Of a DNA stretch of 59,654 bases, positions 8,455-18,202 are shown piece by piece. Below the pieces are notes generated by a model. It was not told the DNA's origin. It searched no databases and was given only the letters and a program-made list of their open reading frames with translations. Origin of the DNA: an uncultured Candidatus Saccharibacteria bacterium (lineage in GTDB: Bacteria; Patescibacteriota; Minisyncoccia; Phycocordibacterales; UBA5272); assembly GCA_964510805.1 (NCBI GenBank), contig CAZEDG010000004.1, forward strand, positions 1 through 59,654. The letters run 5' to 3'. Every line of letters starts with the position of its first letter. Within the stretch, counting starts at the first letter, position 1. A program made the position numbers and the translations under genes.

Positions 8455-9513
8455 ATGACACTAGGTCAAGAACGCAAAGTAACTAACGATCATAACAAAG
8501 CTCTCATTCTTAATGACAAGCTAGAAGAATTTCGTGAAGCTCATCCGCGATCAAAAAGACCTGACCAAGAAATAGTTGACGGGATGGTTAAAGATGACGC
8601 ACGCAATCTTTTTCCTTATAAACATTTTTCTCCTGATACCCAAGAGTGGCTTAGAAACTTATCAATTTCTGGAATTAAGGTATTAGAAGATGGGTATCTT
8701 GAGGTTCGTAAGTGGGATAATACTGGACGACATTTTGGTAGACCAAGAAGAATGTTCCAAAGAGTTGATGATATAGATGCCGGGATACGAATGCAAGATC
8801 ATATTCTCGAAGGGTATATTACAAGGAAAGATAGCAAAAAAGATAACAAAGAGAAGGCAAGAGAAGACGAAAGTGTTAGATTAGATTCTATCGAGGAAGT
8901 AATAGAAGAAGCAAACTCACTTTTTCTTGCGTGGAAGTTTGCAAAGCAGGAAGATAAAGAAGAAGTGAAGCAGAGACTTGCTCAAGTAATTCTTACTCTT
9001 GAAAAATGTCGCAATGAGTTCAAGGTACGAACAAAAAGACAAGCACAAGCAGTGCTTCGTATGAAGGATAGTAGAGGAAGAGACAATCCGAGCGCGCTCG
9101 CTCTCCGTACGGTCACCGCTCTTAATAATCTGCAAATGAGATTGCAAGAAATTCAGGATATTGCACCAAAAGTTGCTTTGCGAAAAGAGCTACTTGTACT
9201 TGAGAAGCGTCGAAATGAAAAGCTTTGTTTTAAGGCGGTTGCAAAATTACGTTTTATTTTACGACATGTGTTTTTTGGCAAGAGTCCAAAAAGTCTTAGA
9301 GACTCTGATGCTACCGGACTTCTCGGTAAAGTAGGAGAAGCCAAGGAAGCACTTCGCGAAGTCATCATTTCTCCTTATCGAGAAAGACGTAATCAGGTAT
9401 TGTTTTTTCTTGCAACCCTAGAAGATGTAATGAAATCAAAAGAATCAATGACAGAAAACAGAGAGATGATTAAGAAACTATTACTTGATATTATAAAAAT
9501 GTTGGAGGAGTAG
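8455..9513 (+). CDS. Hypothetical 352-aa coiled-coil-rich protein.
   Basis: ORF in the operon with no recognisable motif. Confidence 0.5.
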   Translation: MTLGQERKVTNDHNKALILNDKLEEFREAHPRSKRPDQEIVDGMVKDDARNLFPYKHFSPDTQEWLRNLSISGIKVLEDGYLEVRKWDNTGRHFGRPRRMFQRVDDIDAGIRMQDHILEGYITRKDSKKDNKEKAREDESVRLDSIEEVIEEANSLFLAWKFAKQEDKEEVKQRLAQVILTLEKCRNEFKVRTKRQAQAVLRMKDSRGRDNPSALALRTVTALNNLQMRLQEIQDIAPKVALRKELLVLEKRRNEKLCFKAVAKLRFILRHVFFGKSPKSLRDSDATGLLGKVGEAKEALREVIISPYRERRNQVLFFLATLEDVMKSKESMTENREMIKKLLLDIIKMLEE

Positions 9514-9555
9514 GTGTTGTTTTTGTGACTGGTTATTCCGTGCTACTATATCCTC

Positions 9556-10980
9556 ATGCAATATCTTCTCATTCCTTCCCGTCACATTCTTTATAGCAAA
9601 GAGCAGTATGACGCTTTGCTTAATCATCTTAAGAAAAATTCTTATGAGAAAGTAATTCTCGCGATTACTTCGTCTGATCTTAATAATTGTAAGTACTCAT
9701 CGATCGATATCTTCTATCGCACACTTATGGCAAGCACGCTTGCTGGGCATCTTCTTAGGGAATGTAATGCTACCTGTGTTATTACAACTGTTCCTCATAC
9801 CAGGAAAACAGATTCGTATGCATCGTATGTGGTGAAGCATGTTTTTTGGAAAATAGGGCTTACGCTTACACCAGAAAATACAAGAGTCTTCTCGTATGGA
9901 AAGTACATGTCAGAGTCTTTTTCTTCTGCTTCATATGATACCGTATCTTGTTTTGTTAAAGACCATGTGCATCTTTTTGAAAAACTTTTTAGAGAAGGGG
10001 ATAGTGAGTATTTTTGGAGTATGCTTTCTTTACCAAGTGAGCAAGTGTTTTCTCATCAAAGCGAACTTCTTGGAATAACCAAAAAAATATGGCTTGATCC
10101 TATTCTCAAAGAAATGGGAAGTATCACCGAGACACGTAATTATCATATTTATACGCATGCTATGAGTAATGAGCAGGTGATTGAGTACAAGTACAACGAT
10201 ATTAAGGATTATCTTGTGGAAGGAAAAATTGTTGATGAGGGGTGTGCTGATTGTGCGCTCTTTATTCCTGTTGCGCGAGACTTTCCTGATTCTGATCTTA
10301 TTGGTGTTGAGATCTCAAGTGATTTTATCGCAAGAGCAAATGAAAGAATCAGGGAAGGGTTCTTCGGTGGAAGCTTCGTGACAGTGCTTCAGGCGAATTT
10401 GCTTTTTCCTATTTTCCAAAATGAATCTATTGATACGGTGATTTGTAACTCTACGCTTCATGAGATTTGGTCTTATAATAACAAGATGGAATCTCTTAAG
10501 GGATATCTTACTTACAAATATAATCAGCTAAGGAAAGGTGGAAGACTTATTGCTCGTGATGTAGTTGGCGTGGAAGATCCTCGCAAGGTGGTGCTTCTTA
10601 GAGATGTGACCGATAACAATACGATGTGGAAGAAGTTCTTGAATGACTTTGATCATGTGGGTGATGATGTTTGCGAGGAGGTAGTGGTTAATGGTCAGGT
10701 CTATGCGAAGACTTCGTATAAGCTTGCTTCTGAATATTTGCTTCATAAGGATTATCAAGATAATTGGCAGAGTGAGATGCATGAAGAGTTTTGCCACATG
10801 AATAGTACTTCTTGGAAAGAATTGCTTCTTTCGGTCGGGTTTACAAACGTTATCGTGAATGCGTATCAGAATAGCTGGATTGTTGAGAATCGTTTCAAAG
10901 GTAAAGTGATACTTCTTGATGAGTCATTTCGCGAAGTTGCATATCCTCCAACAAATGTAGTGATTGTCGCGGAGAAGTGA
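9556..10980 (+). CDS. 474-aa protein with a C-terminal class-I SAM-dependent methyltransferase-like fold and an uncharacterised N-terminal half.
   Basis: Motif I-like VDEGCADCALF, post-I acidic LIGVEIS, and motifs II/III at FVTVLQANLLFP...IDTVICNSTLHEI. No D/NPPY motif, so it does not look like an N6/N4 DNA methyltransferase. Confidence 0.5.
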   Translation: MQYLLIPSRHILYSKEQYDALLNHLKKNSYEKVILAITSSDLNNCKYSSIDIFYRTLMASTLAGHLLRECNATCVITTVPHTRKTDSYASYVVKHVFWKIGLTLTPENTRVFSYGKYMSESFSSASYDTVSCFVKDHVHLFEKLFREGDSEYFWSMLSLPSEQVFSHQSELLGITKKIWLDPILKEMGSITETRNYHIYTHAMSNEQVIEYKYNDIKDYLVEGKIVDEGCADCALFIPVARDFPDSDLIGVEISSDFIARANERIREGFFGGSFVTVLQANLLFPIFQNESIDTVICNSTLHEIWSYNNKMESLKGYLTYKYNQLRKGGRLIARDVVGVEDPRKVVLLRDVTDNNTMWKKFLNDFDHVGDDVCEEVVVNGQVYAKTSYKLASEYLLHKDYQDNWQSEMHEEFCHMNSTSWKELLLSVGFTNVIVNAYQNSWIVENRFKGKVILLDESFREVAYPPTNVVIVAEK

Positions 10981-11160
10981 CGTATTAAAGCAAAAAAGCG
11001 TTGATAGATATACATAAAAAGGGAGATTTTATAGATAGAAATAATGGAATTGTAAATATTGACAAATATAATTATATATGATAAATTAATCTTGTCTCAA
11101 AATTGGGTTTCCCAACAAGAGCAAATGTAGTTCATCGTTAATCAATCAGGAGAATTCTCA

Positions 11161-13230
11161 ATGGAAACTGTAGGTGGTATCTTCAACGTGATTTCCGGCC
11201 ATCTTGGCACGATCATCGCTTTCATCGCCTTGGTCGCATTCATCCTCCTCTACAAGTGGACGTTCCGTCTCTTCGGCATCTACATCATCCCCGATGACTC
11301 GCTCGGCACACTGACCAAGAAGTTCGTGCTGTTCGGCGCGAACCGCCAGCTGCCAGCGGGCAAGATCGTGGCGCTCCACGGCGAGGCTGGCTACCAGGCC
11401 GACACCCTCGCTCCCGGCATCCACTTCTTTCTGTGGCCGTGGCAGTACGACGTGAACATCTCGAAGTTCACCGTGATCCCTCCGGGGCAGGTCGGTGTGG
11501 TCGAGGCGTGCGATGGTCTACCTCTTCCGGATGGGCGCATCATCGCCAAGGACGTCGTCTGTGATAACTTCCAGGACGCACGCGCCTTCCTCGAGAATAG
11601 TGGTGAGCGTGGCGTGCAGGTGGGCATCATCCCGCCTGGCGCCTGGCGCATCAACACTCTGCTGTTCACGGTGAAGATGTCCCCGATGATCGTCGTCGGC
11701 CCCAACCAGATCGGTGTGGTCGAAGCGCACGACGGTGCCCCGCTCTCAGGCGGGCGCATCCTCGGCAAACATGTCGACAGCGACATGTTCCAGGATGGTC
11801 AAGCCTTCCTCAACAACGGTGGTGAGCGTGGCCCGCAGATGACCATCATCCCCCAAGGTCAGTACCGGATCAATCCGGCACTGTTCAAGGTCGAGATGGC
11901 CGATGTGGTCGACGTGCCTGATGAGAAGATCGGGGTGGTCACCACCAAGGAAGGCGCTCCGCTTCCCACTGGCGACATCGCCGGCGAAGAGGTCGACGGG
12001 CATAACTCGTTCCAGGACCCGATGGCGTTCGTTGGAAGTGGCGGCACCAAGGGTCTCCAGGTCCAGGTGCTGCGCGCCGGTCGCTACTTCATCAACCCGA
12101 AGTTCGCCATCGTGGAGATGAAGGACATGCTCGAGGTGCCGATCGCGCACGTCGGCGTCGTCATCGCGTTTGTCGGCAAGAAGGGCGAGGACGTCACCGG
12201 TGCCGGGTTCAAGCACGGCAACATGGTGCGCAAGGGCGAACGCGGTGTCTGGATCGACGTGCTCGATCCGGGCAAGTACCCGATGAACCCGTACGCCTTC
12301 AAGGTGATCAACGTTCCGACGGCAAACGTCGTGCTCAACTGGGCCAACAGCAAGACCGAGAGCCACAAGCTCGACGAGAAGCTGTCGACCATCACCGTCC
12401 GCTCTTCCGACGGCTTCCCGCTCAACCTGGACGTCAGCCAGATCATCCACATCCCGACCAGCGAGGCCCCCAAGGTCATCGCCCGGTTCGGCAGCATGCT
12501 GGCGCTGGTCACGCAGGTGCTCGAGCCCACCATCGGCAACTACTTCCGCAACGCGGCGCAGAGCTACGGTTGCATCGACTTCGTCGTCGGCCGTGCGCAG
12601 CGCCAAGCCGAGGCTGAACAGGCCATCAGCGAGGCGCTGAAGGAGTACGACGTGGTGGCTGTCCGCACGCTGATCGGCGACCTCGTTCCGCCCCAGGAAC
12701 TGATGGACACGCTGACTCAGCGCAAGGTGGCCGAGCAACAGAAGCTGACGTACGGCGTACAGCAACAGGCGCAAGAGGCGCGCAAGCTCCTCGAGCAAGC
12801 GCATGCGCAAGCCGAGACCCAGGCGAGCGTGGTGACCGCCGAACGTTCCGTCGAGATCGCTCGCTTCAATGCGAGCGCCGCGGTGGAGACCGCGGAAGGT
12901 GGTGCCAAGGCGAAGAAGATCAACGCCAATGCGGACGCTGAAGTCCTCCGTGTCGTCGGCGAAGCCGAAGGCGCGAAGATCACTGCGGTGGGTTCCGCCG
13001 AAGCTGAGGTCATGACTCGCAAGACGACCGCCATCGGTGCCGACAACTACGCGCGCATTCAGGTCGCCGATTCGCTCGGCAAGGCCGGTATCAAGCTGGT
13101 TCCCGACGTCATGGTCGCAGGTGGTGACGGAACGCGCGGTGGCACCATTGTCGACGCACTGCTCGGCAACATCCTTGCCAAGGGTCTCCCTGGCACGCCC
13201 TCCGCGAAGCCGGCCGAAGCCAAGGCTTGA
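11161..13230 (+). CDS. Flotillin/SPFH (band-7) family membrane protein with an N-terminal TM helix, four ~60-aa internal repeats and an Ala/Glu-rich flotillin-type C-terminus. The CDS is strongly GC-rich.
   Basis: Repeats of the form IIPPGQVGVVEAxDGxPLPxGRI...FQDxxAFLxNGGERG. C-terminal AEAEQ.../EAEGAKI stretches. AGGAG lies 9 nt upstream of the ATG. Confidence 0.7.
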   Translation: METVGGIFNVISGHLGTIIAFIALVAFILLYKWTFRLFGIYIIPDDSLGTLTKKFVLFGANRQLPAGKIVALHGEAGYQADTLAPGIHFFLWPWQYDVNISKFTVIPPGQVGVVEACDGLPLPDGRIIAKDVVCDNFQDARAFLENSGERGVQVGIIPPGAWRINTLLFTVKMSPMIVVGPNQIGVVEAHDGAPLSGGRILGKHVDSDMFQDGQAFLNNGGERGPQMTIIPQGQYRINPALFKVEMADVVDVPDEKIGVVTTKEGAPLPTGDIAGEEVDGHNSFQDPMAFVGSGGTKGLQVQVLRAGRYFINPKFAIVEMKDMLEVPIAHVGVVIAFVGKKGEDVTGAGFKHGNMVRKGERGVWIDVLDPGKYPMNPYAFKVINVPTANVVLNWANSKTESHKLDEKLSTITVRSSDGFPLNLDVSQIIHIPTSEAPKVIARFGSMLALVTQVLEPTIGNYFRNAAQSYGCIDFVVGRAQRQAEAEQAISEALKEYDVVAVRTLIGDLVPPQELMDTLTQRKVAEQQKLTYGVQQQAQEARKLLEQAHAQAETQASVVTAERSVEIARFNASAAVETAEGGAKAKKINANADAEVLRVVGEAEGAKITAVGSAEAEVMTRKTTAIGADNYARIQVADSLGKAGIKLVPDVMVAGGDGTRGGTIVDALLGNILAKGLPGTPSAKPAEAKA

Positions 13231-13396
13231 CTCCTGGCTGGTTGAGTAACACTCACTAGTGCAAGGCTAGTGCGAGCCCTGTCAAACGTTAAATCGTTTC
13301 GGGGCTTTTTTCTTTTCCTAACTTTTACTATTTTTTGTATCGTGTACACATTATTAGCTTTTTTGTTGTGGAACTTTTTGGTAGTATATAAAGTAT

Positions 13397-14056
13397 ATGA
13401 GTACAAAGTCTTCAGATATTCGTTTTGCTATTGTTTCTACTGATATTATTTTGCTTCGAGAAAATGAAGGCGATATCGAATTTGGCGTGATGGATATTGA
13501 TAGACCTCCTTACTATGTTCATATGGAGGGTTTTGTCGGTGGTGTACTCAGACCAGAAGAGACTGCTCTTATGGCGAGTCATCGAATTTTGGAAGAAAAG
13601 ACTTCTATCAAACCTAGCGAAGTGCAGTTCTTTCCTCTTGGTTTTTATGATGACCCTAAGCGAGATGAGAGAGGGCGTGTCGTTGCGCTCGCATATCTTG
13701 GTATTCTTACGGGATCAGGTGAGGAATATGGGCTTACTTGGTACCCACTGTACAAGAAGGCAAAGTTTGCATACGATCACACACTTATGTTACGTGATAC
13801 GATAGAGTACCTTAAGTCACATCTCTATGTCTCAACGATTGCACTCGCGTTTCTCCCTAAACATTTTGTGGTAAGTAAACTCAAAGCTATTTTTGATTAC
13901 ATAGAAGGGGAGGAGATTGATAAGAGAAATTTTTATAAATTCCTAGACACCTATCCGGTAGAAAAAACAAAAGAACTGCAGAGTGAAGGGAGGGGGAGGC
14001 CAGCACTTATTTATAAGAAGAAACAGACTAAAGCTTTCTTTTTATCTAAGAAATAA
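13397..14056 (+). CDS. nrtR: Nudix hydrolase fused to a C-terminal winged-HTH, i.e. an NrtR-like NAD-metabolism regulator.
   Basis: Nudix box GGVLRPEETALMASHRILEEKTSI. C-terminal DKRNFYKFL...GRGRPALIYKK resembles the NrtR DNA-binding domain signature. Confidence 0.6.
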   Translation: MSTKSSDIRFAIVSTDIILLRENEGDIEFGVMDIDRPPYYVHMEGFVGGVLRPEETALMASHRILEEKTSIKPSEVQFFPLGFYDDPKRDERGRVVALAYLGILTGSGEEYGLTWYPLYKKAKFAYDHTLMLRDTIEYLKSHLYVSTIALAFLPKHFVVSKLKAIFDYIEGEEIDKRNFYKFLDTYPVEKTKELQSEGRGRPALIYKKKQTKAFFLSKK

Positions 14057-14140
14057 TGTTAGAACCTACACACTTAAGTGACGTGTAGAGAAAACACCTT
14101 ATTTGTGGGTGTTTTTTGCTTTATTTTGCTTGTACACATG

Positions 14141-14229
14141 TTAATTAGTGTAAAACTTGCACTAATTAATCACCTATGCTAGAGTGTAGATAGATATTAG
14201 TGTAGTTAATACACTAATAAATACAAAAG
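14141..14229. promoter_or_regulatory. Two palindromes upstream of the PP2C gene: TTAATTAGTG-N9-CACTAATTAA (14141-14169) and TATTAGTGTA-gttaa-TACACTAATA (14205-14229). Both share the half-site TTAGTGTA/TACACTAA.
   Basis: Read directly from the sequence. The same half-site appears upstream of nadE. Confidence 0.5.
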
Positions 14230-14289
14230 GAATCAATTAAAAATAATTCCATAAAGTTCTTTGAAATTATAGTTCTGAAAGGAAATCAT

Positions 14290-15153
14290 ATGAACACTGT
14301 TTCGCATCTTGAAGAATTGTTTAGAGTTGGTGCAGGAAAAGTTCCTGGAACTGATCATACAATGCCCGGGCTTCCTGCTTGGAAAAATTGTCAGGACGCG
14401 TACCGTGTAGAAATAAACAAGCACGCCATCGTTATCGTTGTTTGTGACGGTAATGGTAGTGAGTCAAATAGCGAAGTTGGAGCATCTCTTTCGGCGCAAC
14501 TCTTGGCAAGAAAAATTGCTGAAGAGGTGAAGATTAGAGAGGTTTTTGAACCAATCGAAATTCTTGAAGAGGCACGCTGTGCACTCATGCAACTTTTTCT
14601 TGATCTCGGTGAGCATCTTATGGGAAGCTTCACTGAGAACGCAAATCGTTTTATGCTTGCAACTGCGCTTGTTGCGATTGTGACCGAAGAAGAAACAGTA
14701 ATTGCTGGTATTGGTGATGGATATTATGCGGTAAATGGAGAAGTTGTTGAAATTGGCCCATTCCCTGGTAACGCACCACCGTACCCTGTCTATGCAATTA
14801 CCGGATCGTCACTTGCTTCGCATTCGCCTGAACTTGTTCGCTTCACTTTATATCGCAGGATGCCAACTCAAGAAGTTGATACGCTTGCGATTATGAGTGA
14901 TGGGGTGAAATATCTCATTCAAGCAGTTGGCACGCCTCTGCCTAAGAAGCCTCATGAACAAGTTCCTCCTCTTGATACATTTTGGTTGGAAGAGCGGTAT
15001 GTGAAGAATCCTGACAATATTCGTCGTCAGCTTGCGCTTATTAACATCGAAACGATTTCGTACACCGAAGATGGTAAGCCTTACTTACGTACTGGCGTGC
15101 TCAAGGATGATACAACAATTGTCATCATGAGGCGTAATACGTCTAGTACGTAG
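14290..15153 (+). CDS. PP2C-family Ser/Thr protein phosphatase.
   Basis: Metal-binding motifs VCDGNGS, GIGDG and MSDG. Confidence 0.65.
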   Translation: MNTVSHLEELFRVGAGKVPGTDHTMPGLPAWKNCQDAYRVEINKHAIVIVVCDGNGSESNSEVGASLSAQLLARKIAEEVKIREVFEPIEILEEARCALMQLFLDLGEHLMGSFTENANRFMLATALVAIVTEEETVIAGIGDGYYAVNGEVVEIGPFPGNAPPYPVYAITGSSLASHSPELVRFTLYRRMPTQEVDTLAIMSDGVKYLIQAVGTPLPKKPHEQVPPLDTFWLEERYVKNPDNIRRQLALINIETISYTEDGKPYLRTGVLKDDTTIVIMRRNTSST

Positions 15154-15178
15154 TCGTCTTGCTAACCCAAAAGGAGAT

Positions 15179-17056
15179 ATGATGGACGTCATGATTGATG
15201 GGAAGCGTTTTCGGACGAATCCTTCGAAACTTATCGGCCAAGGAGGTGAAGCTCTGATTTATGATATTGGCAACAATACCGTACTCAAGCTTTACAAACT
15301 TCCAACTCATCCTGACTTCGTTGGCAACAAGGAGGCAGTTGATGGCGCTGTTGCAAGAATTGCTGAACACCAAACCAAACTTGCTCTCTTTCCAAAAGGA
15401 ATGCCTAAGCGTGTAGTTGGTCCAAAGTCTCTTGCGCTTGATACAAAAGGGGATGTGGTCGGATACACTATGCCACTTATTTCTCAAGGAGAAGTGTTAC
15501 TTCGTTATGGAGAACGTAGATTCCGTGAGATGGGAGGCATCAAAGAAGAGACTCTTCGTCTGATTTATCTTGACCTTCATACAACGGTGCTTGGTGTACA
15601 TAAGGCTAATGCGGTAATTGGAGACTTCAATGACTTGAATGTGATTGTTGTTGGCGATGAAGCATATCTTGTGGATACTGACAGTATGCAATTTGGTTCA
15701 TTTTATTGTCGTGTCTTTACTGCAAAGTTTCTTGATCCGACTCTTGCAAAAGAGTCAGGTGGTAGTCTGATACTTGCAAAGAAGCACAATCAAAATTCTG
15801 ATTGGTATGCTTACAGTATCATGCTTATGCAAGCGCTCCTGTATGTTGGTCCGTACGGCGGAGTATTTCGCCCACAGGATAAAAATCATACCTTGAGTCA
15901 TGACTTGCGTCCACTTAAACGGATTACTGTTTTTCATCCTGAAGTTAAGTATCCAAAACCGGCACGTCATTTCCGTGTACTTCCGGACGATCTTTTGCAT
16001 CAGTTTGAAAACATCTTTACAAAAGATGTTCGTGGAGTATTTCCAAGACATCTTGTTGAAAGTCTTGTTTGGAAAACCTGTAGCACGTGCGGTATGCTTC
16101 ATATGCGTACATTGTGCCCGGCGTGTGTCCAAATGACACCTCCTATGGTGCAAGAAGTTTCTACAGATACAGTGACAGCACGTAAAGTTTTCAGGACAAC
16201 AGGAACGATTCTCACGGTTGCTTATCAAGGTCGCACTCTTAAGTGGGTGTATCATGAAAGCGATAGATATCTTCGTGAAGATGGAAGTCTTGTCGCACAT
16301 GGAGCTCTTGATCATCTTTTGCGAGTGAAGATTGTCGGTAAAGAAACATTGCTTGCAAAGAGTGGTCGTGGAATGCTTGTTGGTGCAAAAGGTGCACATA
16401 AGCATTACAGCTTCGACATGTTCGGCAATCTTCCGATTGTTGACACTAACAATGAAGCACTTTTCTTTGTCTTGAATGGAAGTCTTGTACGATCTCTAGA
16501 AAGCAGTCTTCTTTCAGGTGAAGAAATTATCGGAAGTGTGCTTGCTAACCGTACTCTTGTATGGGTTGGCGAAGAACTCGGCTTTGGTTTTTATAAAGCA
16601 GGGTCACTTACACGGTACTTGATCTGGAACATAAAGAGTCGCGCAATCAATGATTCGATTATTCTTCCTTCTGTATCTTCACAAATCGTTGATGCAAAAG
16701 CATATTTTGGTCACCGAAATGTTTGGTTCATGATGACCGTAAAAGAAGGAGGAGAAGTGTACAATCGCATGTATTTGATTAGTGATACTGGTCAAGTAGA
16801 AGCACGTGCCGAAGGGAAGGCAGGAGACTCTTCATGGATTGGAGATTTGCGCGGTAAGTGCGCAATCGGTAATGCACTCTTTGTTCCGACTGATGATGGA
16901 ATTGTACGTGTCGAAGCTAGACAAGGAACAATTGTTCCAGTCAAAGAGTTTTCTAGCACTACAAAATTCGTTGATAGCGCTTCAATGCTTTTTCCTGGAA
17001 ACCCAGGAATTGTCTCTGTGCGAAATGGAGAGATCTGGAATTTGGAAATGAAATAA
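15179..17056 (+). CDS. Protein-kinase-like (PKL-fold) protein with a Cys4 zinc ribbon and a long beta-rich C-terminal region.
   Basis: Gly-rich loop GQGGEA, Lys in TVLKLYK, catalytic-loop-like VIGDFNDLNV, DFG-like DTDSMQFG, and CSTCG...CPAC. Confidence 0.55.
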   Translation: MMDVMIDGKRFRTNPSKLIGQGGEALIYDIGNNTVLKLYKLPTHPDFVGNKEAVDGAVARIAEHQTKLALFPKGMPKRVVGPKSLALDTKGDVVGYTMPLISQGEVLLRYGERRFREMGGIKEETLRLIYLDLHTTVLGVHKANAVIGDFNDLNVIVVGDEAYLVDTDSMQFGSFYCRVFTAKFLDPTLAKESGGSLILAKKHNQNSDWYAYSIMLMQALLYVGPYGGVFRPQDKNHTLSHDLRPLKRITVFHPEVKYPKPARHFRVLPDDLLHQFENIFTKDVRGVFPRHLVESLVWKTCSTCGMLHMRTLCPACVQMTPPMVQEVSTDTVTARKVFRTTGTILTVAYQGRTLKWVYHESDRYLREDGSLVAHGALDHLLRVKIVGKETLLAKSGRGMLVGAKGAHKHYSFDMFGNLPIVDTNNEALFFVLNGSLVRSLESSLLSGEEIIGSVLANRTLVWVGEELGFGFYKAGSLTRYLIWNIKSRAINDSIILPSVSSQIVDAKAYFGHRNVWFMMTVKEGGEVYNRMYLISDTGQVEARAEGKAGDSSWIGDLRGKCAIGNALFVPTDDGIVRVEARQGTIVPVKEFSSTTKFVDSASMLFPGNPGIVSVRNGEIWNLEMK

Positions 17057-17122
17057 CAAGAAGAGGTCAGAAGATCTCCAGGTTATTTTTCATCAACGCT
17101 CAACCATGAAAGGAAACTGAGC

Positions 17123-18169
17123 ATGAACCCGTCATTCTACAACGCGAGCAATGCATCCAACTGGGCATATCGCCCCGATCAACGAGCTGTGTTTCTCGAA
17201 GCACAGGAAACCATCAAGCGTGAGAAGATTCGTCCTCACAACACTGACAAAAAGAAGGTACACCTTCTCATGATCGATGTGCAGAAGGACTTCTGTCTCC
17301 CGGAAGGAACTCTGTATGTTGGTGGTCGTTCTGGTACTGGTGCAATCGATGATTCTCGGCGTCTTGCTGAGTTCATCTATCGTGAAGTGAAGAACATTAC
17401 TGAGACAACGGTAACGCTCGACACTCACTTTTCTCACCAGATTTTCTTTCCGTCGTTTTGGGTTGAAACAGCAACCGGGTCTGCACCTCTTCCTCATACT
17501 GAGATTACAACTGAAGAAATTAGGAAGGGTAAGTTCGCACCACATCCGGCAATGGCTTGGCTCTTCAAGCAGTTCGGTGGTCAGTATGCTTGGCTTCAAA
17601 AACAAGTTTTGTACTATTGCCAAGAGCTTGAAAAGGCTGGTAAGTACAAGCTTTATCTGTGGCCTGAGCATTGCATCATTGGATCTGATGGGCACGCGCT
17701 GGTTGGTGTTGTGCATGAAGCACGCATGTTCCATTCGTATGTTCGTAGCGCTTGGTCGAACGCAGAAGTGAAGGGTGGTAATCCTCTGACAGAGAATTAC
17801 TCGATCCTTTCACCTGAAGTCACGACAACCTGGCAAGGTGGCGCGCTTGCACAAAAGAATTCCAATTTTGTGAAAACGCTCCTTGATGCGGATCGAGTGA
17901 TTATTGCAGGTCAAGCTTCGAGTCACTGTGTCGCGTCTTCTACGGACGACCTTTTGCATGAGATCAACGCTCAAGATCCTGAACTTGCAAAGAAGGTATA
18001 CGTTGTGACTGATCTTATGTCAGCTGTGACGGTGCCTGATGGTAAGGGAGGGTTCTATCTCGATTGCACTTCGCAAGCAGAGATGGCGTTTGCTCGCTGG
18101 GAAAAGGCTGGCATGAAGCTCGTCACTTCGACGGTAAGCATGGCAGACTGGCCCGGCATGGATCTCTGA
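17123..18169 (+). CDS. pncA: Nicotinamidase (isochorismatase-family cysteine hydrolase).
   Basis: LLMIDVQKDFC N-terminal motif and the catalytic Cys in SSHCVAS. Confidence 0.65.
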   Translation: MNPSFYNASNASNWAYRPDQRAVFLEAQETIKREKIRPHNTDKKKVHLLMIDVQKDFCLPEGTLYVGGRSGTGAIDDSRRLAEFIYREVKNITETTVTLDTHFSHQIFFPSFWVETATGSAPLPHTEITTEEIRKGKFAPHPAMAWLFKQFGGQYAWLQKQVLYYCQELEKAGKYKLYLWPEHCIIGSDGHALVGVVHEARMFHSYVRSAWSNAEVKGGNPLTENYSILSPEVTTTWQGGALAQKNSNFVKTLLDADRVIIAGQASSHCVASSTDDLLHEINAQDPELAKKVYVVTDLMSAVTVPDGKGGFYLDCTSQAEMAFARWEKAGMKLVTSTVSMADWPGMDL

Positions 18170-18202
18170 ACCTAACCAAGCAACCAAAGAAAGGAGTTCA
18201 TC

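Noticed and set aside
11391-13046. Several minus-strand ORFs (11746..12810 of 354 aa, 12084..12539, 12717..13046, 11391..11786 and others) and short plus-strand ORFs inside the flotillin gene.
   Set aside because: High GC content suppresses stop codons on all frames. These ORFs lie antisense to or overlap a clearly homologous flotillin/SPFH CDS and have low-complexity Arg/Ala/Leu-rich translations.
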